A stretch of 62,025 nucleotides of DNA, counting the filler, from Globobulimina sp. (lineage: Eukaryota), in assembly GCA_003354225.1 (NCBI GenBank). It is 21 parts of 21 records of this genome, joined end to end, with 100 filler letters (N's around TTAATTAATTAA, not from the genome) between each part and the next. Parts side by side here need not be neighbours in the genome. Positions count along the whole stretch, not along the records: positions 1 to 2,861 come from PIVH01004586.1; positions 2,962 to 5,822 come from PIVH01004587.1; positions 5,923 to 8,782 come from PIVH01004588.1; positions 8,883 to 11,742 come from PIVH01004589.1; 17 more parts are not named here. One strand, given 5' to 3'. The position numbers and the translations under genes were made by a program. A model generated the notes under the pieces. It did no database searches. It was not told where the DNA came from and saw only the letters and a program-made list of their open reading frames with translations. Below, one piece after another: positions 1 to 10,906 of this stretch. Within the stretch, counting starts at the first letter, position 1; the number at the start of each line of letters is the position of its first letter.

Positions 1-947
1 TGCAGTTCATCGATCATGTCATTAATAAACGCAGCAAACAATATGGGGCTAAGGACGGAGCCTTGGAGCACGCCATTCTGTAAACGAAAGAGCTGAGTAA
101 TGAAAGGAACATCGCGTATGGCTGATTGGGAGTCATTGTAGATGGCCTGAATGAGTTTGCAGACATTTATAGGAATGGCGAAGTTATGATGCAGTTTGTA
201 GAGTAGGCCTTTTCTCCAAACTGTGTCAAATGCCTTTTTTATATCCAAGGAGGCGCAGTAAAGGGGCTGGTTATGTTTGAGGGCAGTTTCCGAGACCAGG
301 TGGAGAGTGCCAATTTGTTCAGGGACTCCACGTTGGGCTCTGTTGCCGCCTTGAAGAATATGTAGATTCCGCCTGAATTTGTGGTTTATATTCATGTTCC
401 AAAGGAGGAGTCTTTCATAGGCTTTAAAGATTATGGGCAGCAGAGTGATGGGTCTATATTGGTTCGGGGTGTCACCATCGGGCGTTTTTAGAATGGATAT
501 TATGGAGCCCAGTCTGCAGTAGTATGGGATGATGTAGGTTGCATTCCAAACGTTAAACATGACACAGAGGAGTTGATGTATGAGGTCTGAATTGACGGAA
601 AGATGCTGCGACTTTAATCCGTCATAGCCCGGTGCTGAATTCGCATTGGCAAACTGCATGGCCATTTCGACAGAGCTGTATTTCAGAGAAGAGTCATATT
701 CATCCTCTGGATTGTCGGTGGTGATATCATCTGTGGGGGCAGTCGGGAGAGCATTATGACGGAGGTTTGGGAGAGGAGCTGCATCATTGCCAGGGGTGTC
801 AGGGCCATTTATTTGATGTATCATATTGTGCTCAATCTCAAACATTTCTATTTGTTCATTGTGGTTTTTGTCTTGGTTATCCGGGTTATAATGGGGAATG
901 CCGTTCGTGTGGTTTTGTTGCAGCCAGGTTTCAGGAGCGTTTGTCAT
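1..947 (-). mobile_element. Non-LTR retrotransposon reverse transcriptase, running off the window edge (absent from the ORF track)
   Basis: Manual minus-strand translation gives SAPGYDGL, QYRPITLLPIIFKAYERLL, LDIKKAFDTV and NGVLQGSVLSPILFAAFINDM. In-frame ATG at 947; the frame is open further upstream. Confidence 0.93.
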
Positions 948-1059
948 GGGTTCCAAGGGAGGAGGGGGCAATGTTGGGGGATCGTTGTCGTCATTGTTGG
1001 AAGGTTTGGCGGGGATGAAGACTATATTATTATGTTGGAAATTATTGAGATTGCGGTTG

Positions 1060-1135
1060 AACTGATTGATGCAGTGGATTTTTGGAACAAACTGATTGAT
1101 GCAGTGGATTTTTGGAACAAACTGATTGATGCAGT
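1060..1135. repeat. 30-bp tandem repeat (about 2.5 copies)
   Basis: aactgattgatgcagtggatttttggaaca repeated. Confidence 0.9.
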
Positions 1136-1209
1136 TGAACTGATAAAAATGCAACAAATATGAGTATGAGTATGAAGAGGAAGACGAAGAGGAAGAGGCG
1201 AAACTCGAT

Positions 1210-2472
1210 ATGGAAGCAAACGACAATGAAATTTTGCCATTGTCATTGTCTGAAAACTGCGTTAATATAAAAAGATTTCGTAGAGAATCCGTGTCCGGAC
1301 CAATAAAAGGCTCCTCCCACTTCACTCCATTTGTGACCACATTGATTGTTATGATATTTGCAGGCTCAAGCAACGATTTTTTAGCAAAGCTCATCTATCA
1401 AATGTATCCAGGCCACAATGATAAATTGAACGGTGTTTCTGCTCTCAAACACGAATATTGGTTAACATTTTTATTAACATTTGGATCTTTTTTTGTGTGT
1501 TTTTTTGCGTTATTTGCGAAAGCAGCGCGTGCTTCATTTGGTAGAGTAAATACTAAAGTTTTGATAAAAATTGCGGTTCCATCCATTCTGGACACATTAG
1601 TTACAGGCGGCCGCTATTTAGGTTTAGTATTCTTATCTGCTGCGCTTATATCTATCTTAAAAAATGGATCGCAACTTTTATTCCTCGCATTGTTAAGGTA
1701 CATTTGTATAATTTTTGTAATTTTTCTACAAATCTACATTCCATGAAATCAAAGGCGATGCTTTCATCATAAGAAACTTTTATGTGCGGAATGGTTGGGC
1801 ATAGCCATTATTATAACTGGTTTATTGGTGGTGACATTAAATAAAATGTATATAACTCTGTCTGATGACGACGGAACAGCAACATTTACAGATGGCATTA
1901 TTGGCATTGCAATCATGATAACTGTTGGTTTTGCGGGTGCAGTACGCAACGATATCGAAGAATTGTTGTTGAAAAATGATAACTTAAATGCAAATTTTAT
2001 TGTGGGCTTAGAATCAGCCATTTCGTTGACATTTACCCTGATTTTAGGTGTTTTATTGTATGCTGTTGATCCATTTCATAATATTGATAAAGAGGATATG
2101 TTTGCCAATATTAAAAGAGATATTTTGGTCAAACCTGCATTCATTATAAGTTTTGTTTTATTTTTAGTGGCAATTTATGCCAAAGATACAATGCAGATGA
2201 AAATGACTGCGCTGTCAAGTTCTTTAACGCGGAAATTGTTTCAACAAATCTATCCATCCGGAACTTGGATCATATCATTGACAGCGTTTGCCATTACTTC
2301 TACGTTTGTTGTATTTGGTGGTAAGTATGGCGAAGATTGGGAAGATAAATATTCATGGATTCGATTAGCAGGATTTGCCATTGTGTTGGTTGGAAATTAT
2401 TTTTATATCAAAGGACATATTATTTTTGCAAAATTGACGTATTGGAGAAGTTATACAGTTTCATATGATTAA
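1210..2472 (+). CDS. SLC35F6-like / DMT-superfamily membrane transporter, 2 exons (intron 1698-1754)
   Basis: Multi-TM protein with PSILD, GL..LSA..I, EELL, VGLES, 'SSLTR' and GEDW motifs. Splicing the 57-nt GT-AG intron joins the two ORFs in frame (LRRCFHHKKLLCAEWLG). Confidence 0.8.
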
Positions 2473-2861
2473 GGATGTGATTGTATTTTTTTTTATTTTT
2501 TTCTGTATATTATTTTTTTTATTAGTTGTAATTTGTATTTTGTTTTTGTATTTGAATTTAAATGATTTTATAAGTCGCACACGAAAAAGAACAGCATCCA
2601 GAATTATGAAAAGTTGCATTTACATCCTCAGATATAAATCGACATAAATTGTATTTATATTGTAGGAAAGATGAAAAGTGCGAAAAATACTGCACAACTT
2701 TAACATTAATACGTGGAAAGAAAAACTATCATTTATCGATTATGCAAAATCATCATTTTTTCTTTTTCACATTTTTTTATTATTTTCTTTTGTCTGGGTT
2801 CTGTGCACAAACTTTACCGGCTGGTTTTTTATTTATTGTCACCACTTTTTGTTTATGGTGA

Positions 2862-2961
2862 NNNNNNNNNNNNNNNNNNNNNNNNNNNNNNNNNNNNNNN
2901 NNNNNTTAATTAATTAANNNNNNNNNNNNNNNNNNNNNNNNNNNNNNNNNNNNNNNNNNNN
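2862..2961. other. Artificial contig spacer (first of 20; others start at 5823, 8783, 11743, 14703, 17663, 20622, 23581, 26540, 29499, 32457, 35415, 38373, 41331, 44288, 47245, 50202, 53158, 56114, 59070)
   Basis: Identical N-run + TTAATTAATTAA (stops in all six frames) + N-run about every 2.96 kb; genes are cut at these points. Confidence 0.99.
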
Positions 2962-3707
2962 ACTGTACTCTCTATACCGCGCTTAAAACACAGTCAGTTG
3001 CGCCGGTTCTTGCTCCATTAAATCTGTCCATCAGCTCGCTGTCTTATATCCATCTTTTTGCGTAATAATCCATTCCTCATTGGTTTCACAAAAATATTTA
3101 AATTCATCAATCCAAAATTCGGCCGTTTATAAACATTATTCCAATGAGGTAAATCCAATCCATTCGATAGCGCGGCCATTTGGCGCATTTTATCCATTTT
3201 ATTTCTAATATCAACCATTTGTTCATGTTGATGTGTATTGTTACCATTATTATTTGCGAAATCTGCTCGTAAACCATTCAATAAATGGTTTGTATTGAGC
3301 AATGACTGTGGCTGATGAGGAAATAGAGGAAGGTTAACTTAGTTTAGTTAGTATTAGAAAAACATAAAGCATAAACCATAAATGAACCTACAACCAACCT
3401 TTTCAGATATTATCAGTGTCATTCATGCATTCTATTGATATATTATATTCCATTGGAGGAAATGGAGGAAATGGAGATATCAAAAAAAATAACAAAAATG
3501 TAACGTTTTTCAGTTTGCAAAGCCAAAAATTAGTCATTTTCAATTCAGCTAATCCTGTCAACAACAAACAGCTTAAAAAACGCAATATTCCCAAAACCGT
3601 CAACTAACTGATCTAGTCATCAACTCATCATGTCAACTATTATAAGATCCACTTGTATTAAATTTAAACATAGTTAAATATTTTTTACAAGTAATTCTGC
3701 ACCGGAA

Positions 3708-5306
3708 ATGAAAAGAAATTTCTTTTTTGCATTGATTGAACAAACAGCAACGTATAGACTATCATCAAGATATTTGTGCACCAATACTGCATTCAACTTA
3801 GATCAACGAATATACACATTAGTCAAACAAAATCGTAGTCCAAATCAAATCATCCAACTATTCAATGAAAACAAGGATAAGTCCGATTATAACGCAAAAA
3901 CATATGTAATTGTTCAAAAATCATTGATAAAATTGCAATGCCAAAATAAACAATGCTACGATGCAGATAACATTTGGGAACACATGAAGCATAAAAACAC
4001 ACTAACAACAAAAGACTATTATGAAATCATCTTAATTTTTGTGTCACATCGTTTGCCTAAAACTGCATTAAAAATATTTTACAAAATGGTTCGAGACAAT
4101 ATCCAGCAAACAGAAGCAATATATGTATCTGTAATGGCTTGCGTCGCACAGTTGCGCTCACACAACAAACTAAAAGATGCAAACAAAATATATAATATCA
4201 TTGCAAATAATAATGCAAACTTTTTGGAAACTAATTCAAAGATTGCTACATCGATATTAAGCATGTTCTTAAAATGTGGTGACATGACCAGTGCGCAGAA
4301 AATATTCCAAACTAAATGTGATAGGAAGTCTGTTGTGACATGGTGTGTGTTGATAAATGGCATGATCGAAGACGGAAAACTTACTGAAGCAGTACAGTTA
4401 TTTGACGAAATGCTCAAAAATGGCATACTTCCGGATGCTGTGGTATATACAACCATAACTAAAGCTATTCGAAGATTAAAATTATTGGACAAAGCAAATG
4501 ATATTTATCATATAATAGATAATGATGGAAATATCATTATGTATAGTAATATTCCATTGTGTAACGCACTCATTTCCATGTTTGGTGCTTGTGGAGATGT
4601 GAATAAATCGAATGAAATATGGAACACTTTGATGGATAATAAGTTAGATATCCCCGATAATAAAACATTGCAAGCCATTGTTTTTGCTAACTATGAAAAC
4701 GGGAATTATGAAATGGTGATTGAAGCATATGAAACAATGAAGGAACTAAGGGATGGTTTGCCAATTGGAAATCGCCCGAGTTTACAGCAACGGAATCTTA
4801 ACCCACAGAAATTAACATGTATCAGAACCATCGAAGCCTGTGGTCAATTAATAGATGTTGGAAAGGGGAAATTTGTGCATTTGGATATAATGGACAGTAA
4901 CTCACAGCTTTTACGCCAGGATGAAGTGCCATATGTATTGATGGAAATGTATATAAAATGCTGTGGTTTGACAGAGGGCATTGATATGTTTAAAGATGTT
5001 ACGCGAATGCATGATGTCAAGACATTTACATTTATGATTAATACATGTATTGCGTATGGGGAGAATATGAAAGCATTTGTGTTATTTGATGAAATGAGCA
5101 ACGTTTATGAAATTAAACCCGATTCCACTGTGATTGTGTCTATATTAAAGATATGTGATCAGGCGATTTTGTTGAAACATATGTACGAATACATCAACAG
5201 TATAGATTCGACAGTGTGCGATGATGCAGTTGTTTGTGAAGCATTAAAACAGGCATATGGACGATGCAAAGACACGCAAAACACAAAATGCATGGAAATG
5301 TGTTGA
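3708..5306 (+). CDS. Pentatricopeptide repeat protein with P-L-S-like motifs; probably organelle-targeted; no E/DYW domain
   Basis: SMFLKCGD..AQKIF, VVTWCVLING..EAVQLFDEML..GILPD, CNALISMFGACG, GKGKFVH; basic/hydroxylated N-terminus. Confidence 0.9.
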   Translation: MKRNFFFALIEQTATYRLSSRYLCTNTAFNLDQRIYTLVKQNRSPNQIIQLFNENKDKSDYNAKTYVIVQKSLIKLQCQNKQCYDADNIWEHMKHKNTLTTKDYYEIILIFVSHRLPKTALKIFYKMVRDNIQQTEAIYVSVMACVAQLRSHNKLKDANKIYNIIANNNANFLETNSKIATSILSMFLKCGDMTSAQKIFQTKCDRKSVVTWCVLINGMIEDGKLTEAVQLFDEMLKNGILPDAVVYTTITKAIRRLKLLDKANDIYHIIDNDGNIIMYSNIPLCNALISMFGACGDVNKSNEIWNTLMDNKLDIPDNKTLQAIVFANYENGNYEMVIEAYETMKELRDGLPIGNRPSLQQRNLNPQKLTCIRTIEACGQLIDVGKGKFVHLDIMDSNSQLLRQDEVPYVLMEMYIKCCGLTEGIDMFKDVTRMHDVKTFTFMINTCIAYGENMKAFVLFDEMSNVYEIKPDSTVIVSILKICDQAILLKHMYEYINSIDSTVCDDAVVCEALKQAYGRCKDTQNTKCMEMC

Positions 5307-5464
5307 AATTAACCAATAATAAAAAAAATGGGTATATATTTCAAAACTACTGTATTTCAAAACATGCAAAAAATATTTATTCCATGAACCCAAATGTGTA
5401 TTTATTTGTATGTATTTATACTATTTTTTTATAAGCTTGATTATAAAAAGAAGAACAAGTGTTT

Positions 5465-5629
5465 GGCTTAGTAGCTCAATATTTCGATATTTCAACTCAA
5501 CCCCCAACTAACGTCGGAACTTTAACAATTAACGTCGTGCTATTTCGCTTCTTGTGAAATATATAATAATAAAATTAAGCTTGAGTTAAATAATGCATAT
5601 AGATGTGGGTTTAAATCCCGCCTAAGCCA
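5465..5629 (+). ncRNA. tRNA-like structured element (acceptor stem + T arm enclosing a roughly 130-nt interior); tRNA pseudogene or novel ncRNA
   Basis: GGCTTAG (5465-71) pairs perfectly with CTAAGCC (5622-28) followed by A; TAGCTCAA follows the 5' stem; T arm GTGGG-TTTAAAT-CCCGC at 5605-5621. Confidence 0.55.
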
Positions 5630-5637
5630 TACTTTAT

Positions 5638-5724
5638 GCGCGGATGATCCTCACTGGTGTGGTGTGCAGACTTCAAATCTGTAGGTGTATAACAACACAG
5701 TGGTTCGATTCCACCTTCTGCGCG
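5638..5724 (+). tRNA. tRNA-Sec (anticodon UCA), eukaryotic 9/4 type
   Basis: GCGCGGATGATCCTCACTGGT...GCAGACTTCAAATCTGTA...GTGGTTCGATTCCACCTTCTGCGCG closely follows eukaryotic tRNA-Sec. TCA at 5673-75, long variable arm, G discriminator, downstream T-run near 5760. Confidence 0.96.
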
Positions 5725-6170
5725 GTAAATGTATGAAACACTTTAAACCGAAGGAGACATTTTTTTTTGTTTCTTAGAGGATGGAATCTCCGCTTTTTTA
5801 ATTAAAACATTAAGGTTTTTGCNNNNNNNNNNNNNNNNNNNNNNNNNNNNNNNNNNNNNNNNNNNNTTAATTAATTAANNNNNNNNNNNNNNNNNNNNNN
5901 NNNNNNNNNNNNNNNNNNNNNNATATATTCCAAAAGATAACCCCCCCCCCCCCATGGTGGATAAATTTTTTACTTTTAATTAAATTATCTTAGAAACCCT
6001 TTGCAAATCCAGAACCGGTATTCTATAAATTTTTCTTGGGTTTGTTCTGTGTTTGTTATAACTTTGTCTTGGGTTTGCAAATCCAGAACAAAGTCAGAAC
6101 AAAGAGCATCCGGACTTCAGAGTCAGATTTTTATTGGGGTAAGGTGTCAGCAAACCGTTTCTGGTGACTG

Positions 6171-6223
6171 ATTTTGCAGCTCCTTCTTCATACTCGGTAT
6201 ACAACAAAAAATCACGATTGGTG
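6171..6223. repeat. Dispersed 53-bp repeat shared with the fold-back element of contig 17
   Basis: 51/53 identical to 47966-48018, with an inverted copy at 47485-47537. Confidence 0.9.
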
Positions 6224-6299
6224 GTACTGATTTTTTTTCCTGTTTGAAAAGGTTTTTTTTTTTGAGTACTGATCTTATCAAACACCTCACCAATCGTCG

Positions 6300-7133
6300 T
6301 TATGCCTGTGTCTCATCATTATATATGATGATATTATCAATAGTTTCATTAGAACCACGTTCCTTGCACTGAAACATCCACACAAAACAAACAAAACAAG
6401 CGCCCAATTTCATGAATAAATAATAAAATGTGATGATGGGATTTGAACCCAAATAGCATATGCTCTCCTTAAGCATCATCACAACCACGCGATTACACCA
6501 AATCTTAACATTCAAATTTTCTATATTTAGCACAAATTTCTGCTGCATGACATTCAAATATTTCCTTTCAATGCTTTGGAATTTGTTGAGTTCCAATCCC
6601 ATACAATGCAGGAACTCAGCAAACGGGTCGTCCGGATTTGAGAACTGGTCGCAGAGCACAGCGGGCGCGATAAAAGTGGATATGCACTGATTCGATAATT
6701 GAGTCATAAATCTGTGGCAATGTTGCTGTGCCTCGTACAGTTTCTGCACAATGCTGCTTATCATATCGATTTGTTTCGCATTTTTGTCAATTTGCCGCAT
6801 CAAAGCATCAATGTCCAATTCTGGCAAAACATGCGACTGTTTCCCGACGGCTGAATGGTAAAATTCCTTTCTTTTAATTTTCTGCGCAAAATGCGACATC
6901 GAACTGCTTTGTTTGTGTTTGCTATGCCGCCGCATATAAGATATGAATTGATTGTGTATTTGCGGCGAAGTCATTGATTTATTGGCCATAGCTTGATGCG
7001 CTACGTACGAATTATGCGACGCGTATTGGCCGAGGATTGGCGAAGATATCGGCAGCGGAGAACGGCTCTGTTTTACTGCCCAAATGTCAATGTGTCCCGG
7101 CGGTGTTGTTTTAATTTTAAAACACTCATTCAA
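6300..7133 (-). CDS. Hypothetical protein, helical/coiled-coil (possibly BAR-like); 3' part probably intron-containing
   Basis: Long ORF with a helical pattern; the C-terminal translation looks like intron read-through. Confidence 0.45.
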   Translation of the reverse strand: MNECFKIKTTPPGHIDIWAVKQSRSPLPISSPILGQYASHNSYVAHQAMANKSMTSPQIHNQFISYMRRHSKHKQSSSMSHFAQKIKRKEFYHSAVGKQSHVLPELDIDALMRQIDKNAKQIDMISSIVQKLYEAQQHCHRFMTQLSNQCISTFIAPAVLCDQFSNPDDPFAEFLHCMGLELNKFQSIERKYLNVMQQKFVLNIENLNVKIWCNRVVVMMLKESICYLGSNPIITFYYLFMKLGACFVCFVWMFQCKERGSNETIDNIIIYNDETQA

Positions 7134-7700
7134 AGCATTTTTCCATTTAAATGTTTGAGTTTGTTGTGGCTGTGGATTGCCACCAAATTAGATTCAAATA
7201 ATCAAATATCAATTTTTTTTGTGTGCTGCGGATTGCCAATTAAATATCACTTAAATCCCCAAATTATTTGCTTGTGGTGTTGCTGTTGCTGTGGATACCG
7301 TTTTTGATACCATTTTTGTTTTGTGTTATGTGTGATGGATTGCAATATTTCACCACGAATTTTAACTCAATAAAAATTAACCATTCCCATCGATCCCTAA
7401 TCCATTTGTGCCATCCATTACATTCTCTGGCATGCTTTTAAAAGGATTTACGAATTAGCAGCACTTATCGAACTGATTGAAAAAAAAAAGGCTGTTTGAA
7501 AAGTTTTTGAAAAAATCAGTACTTATCGGACACAATCAGTACTTATCGGACTTATCAGTATTTTGGAGAAAAACAAAGAACAAAAAAAACTAACCAAAAA
7601 GTCAGTTTGATTCTCAGCCAGTTCTCGGCAAATCACTCTCCTGTAGTCGCTCGTTTGAGACAAACTTACTAACTCTGGATTTGTGACAATCGACTAACAC

Positions 7701-8732
7701 ATGTCAGCAGAGCAACCATTAAATATATCACAACATCTGACTCTCATAAGAACAATTACAGAGCAATACTCACAAATTGTTGAATCATTTGATTCTCGAT
7801 TGAATTCATTAGAAAATTCAATCAAAAGTTGTGAATTTTTAGTCAATCAACAGCAAAAAACACATTCACAATTAATTCAACGAATTGAATCACTCGAAAA
7901 TAATACTAATAAATCGTCGAGATCGAGATCATTAATTGAAAGCATCCAAGAAACGCAATATGAAGAAAATAATTCTAACAATAAAAATGAGCATACACTA
8001 CAAGACCTAAATGGAAATATTAATCATTCAAACAAAGCTATGCCAATTTTAGAGCCTGGGACAGAAATTGAAAAAGAAAACCTTTCGCCAACACTTGTTG
8101 ATGATGTCGTTGATGATATCGATCATAACACATTGTTACAACCTGAACCGGCGCCCATATGCATTAATATAGATTATGAGGTATTATTTTCATCATTTGA
8201 GTCCATCACAAGATTGGCACAAACAGCAATGCAACAAAATGAGTTTAAGACAGCTTTGCGACACTTTGACGATGCTTTTGGTGAATTGAACAAATATATT
8301 GATTATGAGCAAAATATAGAAAATATTCCATCAAATAAGAAACAAACGGTTTCAGTTTCATATTGTAACCAAGCAATTTGTTATGGAAAATTGCAGACAT
8401 ATAACCATGGCTTACTTGCAATAAATAAATGTGTACTAATTACACCAAATTGGAATAAAGCATATTCAACAATGGGTGCATTGTACGCATATATGGAAAA
8501 CTGTGAAGACGAAGCGATTAATGCATACAAAAAAGCATTGCAATTAATACAAAAAAATGGTGTTGATATTGGTAGAAAAAATAAAATACAAAGCAGATTG
8601 GAAATCGTTTTAGATCGGAGAAATAATTATAATACAAATAATAATTATAACAAAAGACGGAAAATGTCCAATATATCTTTGAATGAATCACCAGCCAAAA
8701 GAGTGAAATATAATAATAATAATCCGAGATGA
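7701..8732 (+). CDS. Coiled-coil + TPR-repeat protein with basic (NLS-like) C-terminus
   Basis: YCNQAICYGKL..., PNWNKAYSTMG..EAINAYKKALQL; KRRK and PAKRVK. Confidence 0.85.
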   Translation: MSAEQPLNISQHLTLIRTITEQYSQIVESFDSRLNSLENSIKSCEFLVNQQQKTHSQLIQRIESLENNTNKSSRSRSLIESIQETQYEENNSNNKNEHTLQDLNGNINHSNKAMPILEPGTEIEKENLSPTLVDDVVDDIDHNTLLQPEPAPICINIDYEVLFSSFESITRLAQTAMQQNEFKTALRHFDDAFGELNKYIDYEQNIENIPSNKKQTVSVSYCNQAICYGKLQTYNHGLLAINKCVLITPNWNKAYSTMGALYAYMENCEDEAINAYKKALQLIQKNGVDIGRKNKIQSRLEIVLDRRNNYNTNNNYNKRRKMSNISLNESPAKRVKYNNNNPR

Positions 8733-8742
8733 CATGATGCAA

Positions 8743-8782
8743 TGTTCTGTTCTGTTCTGTTCTGTTCTGTTCTGTTCTGTTT
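8743..8782. repeat. (TGTTC)n microsatellite at contig end
   Basis: Direct reading. Confidence 0.95.
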
Positions 8783-9008
8783 NNNNNNNNNNNNNNNNNN
8801 NNNNNNNNNNNNNNNNNNNNNNNNNNTTAATTAATTAANNNNNNNNNNNNNNNNNNNNNNNNNNNNNNNNNNNNNNNNNNNNACATAAAGCATAAACATA
8901 AAGCATAATCAATCCGTCTATCTACTTTTCCAGTTTTGTAAACTTTTGAAAGCAGTACAATTTGAAGGTATTGCACAAAAGCACCCGCGTGGAAATGCAC
9001 AATTATTT

Positions 9009-10476
9009 CTATGAATATTTAAACCAATTTACAATAGAATTACAACTCGAGGATGCGACCGGAGCCTCAGTAACCATCATTTGTAACTCCTTATTTTTCC
9101 TTTCTAACCTTTTTATTTTCTTTATTTTCTCATCCAACACAATTTTAATTCCTTTATATCGCTCATTATATTCGTCCATTTCCATCTTATTTGTTTTAAT
9201 AATTTCATCATTTTTCCCTTGATACAACACAATAATTTTCTCTTTCTCCTCCTTCCAATCATCATTCATTTTTTGTTTCTGTATTTTAAATTGTTCATTT
9301 AATTCATAATTCTGCCTCGTACATTTCTTAATAATCTTATCCTTTTCAGTCAATTGTTGTTTTAAATTATCATTCTTCTCATTCAATACTTTCAATTTGA
9401 TTTCAAATCCAATATTTTCTTTATGCAAAATTTCCTCAAACTCTATAATTTTATGCTGTTGATCAATAATAACATTTTTCAAGTTTTCAAACTCATTCTC
9501 ATCAATCGTACTGCCGTCAGAATATGCATTGTATGGAAGAGCAGTGCCATCCATATCAGATTCATGCTCATGATCATAGTCATCATATGCTGTGATATTA
9601 TCATTATGAATATCAAATTCCTGACTTTGTTGAATGGCCAACATCGGTAAATGTTGCCCTTGCCGCAAGGTTGAGTTTTGTCGCAGCAACACATTGGAAT
9701 AAACATCAGTGCTTCGACTGAAACTAAACGAACGGCGCGATCTCGTACTGCTGGGGGCCACTGCCACTGCGGCGGCTGCAGCAAAAAAAGAAGTTAGTTT
9801 ATAGTCCATAGTTTTCTCTCTCTGCAACAAATTGCCGCTGGATTGTTCCAATGACTTTTCTTCATCGTCGTCCACTAAGTCACTGAATGACGTTGCACTG
9901 TATTCTGATATCGCAAATATATTAATGTTTGTCAGAAAAAAACAGTGTCAGAATCCTAAGCCGTACCTATCTGTCCATTGAGAGTAGTATCCTCCAAACG
10001 TTGCTGTAATAATTCTATGAGATTCTCCAGCTCCATAACTTTTGTTTTATATGCTTCGATTTCATGATTTCTGTCAGTTGATTCATTTTCCATTTTATCG
10101 TATGTCATGTTCATATTTTCCAATTCAATTCGTAATTTTTTATTGGTTTCTTTGAATGATTCATTTTCTTTCCTTATATAATCTATTGTTTTGATGTTTG
10201 CTTTTAATTTATTTCTTAATTCTTTATTTTCGACACTTTCTGCATCCAAATCGAAAGTGTGTGTTGATAGCTGACGCGACAATAATTTTGCCTGTTGTTT
10301 AGAATCTTTTGTTGAAGTTTGAAGAAAATTTACTTTTTCTAGTAATTCCACATTGGAAATTTTCAGTCTTTCAATTTCTTTTAAATATTCTTCTTTTTCT
10401 AATTGCAAGCGTTGTGTGGCTTGCTCGAGAGTTTCAAATTTCTCTGTTAAGTCATTGACTCGTTGATGCAATGCCT
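9009..10476 (-). CDS. Coiled-coil protein, at least 2 exons (intron about 9904-9960)
   Basis: Two consecutive E/K/L-rich heptad ORFs separated by a short GT-AG segment. Confidence 0.65.
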
Positions 10477-10906
10477 GGTTTATTTGTTATTATTTATCAT
10501 CGTAATTATATTCGAAAATTAAAGTGAATACAAACCATGATGGCTAGTTCACTTAGTAGAGAGTTTTGTGATCGGATTTATAATCTGTTGGATACGTACA
10601 TTGATATAAAATTAACGATGGGATAGAAAACTAAATCAAAAGGAAAAACAACCCACTTAGAAAGTTATGCGGCGTTTAATATAATTGTACACACATAAAC
10701 ATTCATGGGTTATTCTACTATTTGATAACAACCAAAAAAAAATGAAGAGACACACAAACTAACACGGAAAAATAAAAAAACATAAAAAAACACAAAGAAA
10801 TAAAAAAACATAAAAAAACCAAACTATATAAAAAGTATACATCAAAAAAACTATAGCTATGATTTGCATGAATTGAACGTCTATACATTGGACAATAACT
10901 ATCCAT

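Noticed and set aside
756-1163. 135-aa plus-strand ORF
   Set aside because: Antisense shadow of the RT reading frame.
5465-5629. Firm tmRNA or intron-containing tRNA call
   Set aside because: No G3-U70 pair, no Ala-ending tag, and no convincing anticodon arm after removing any single intron.
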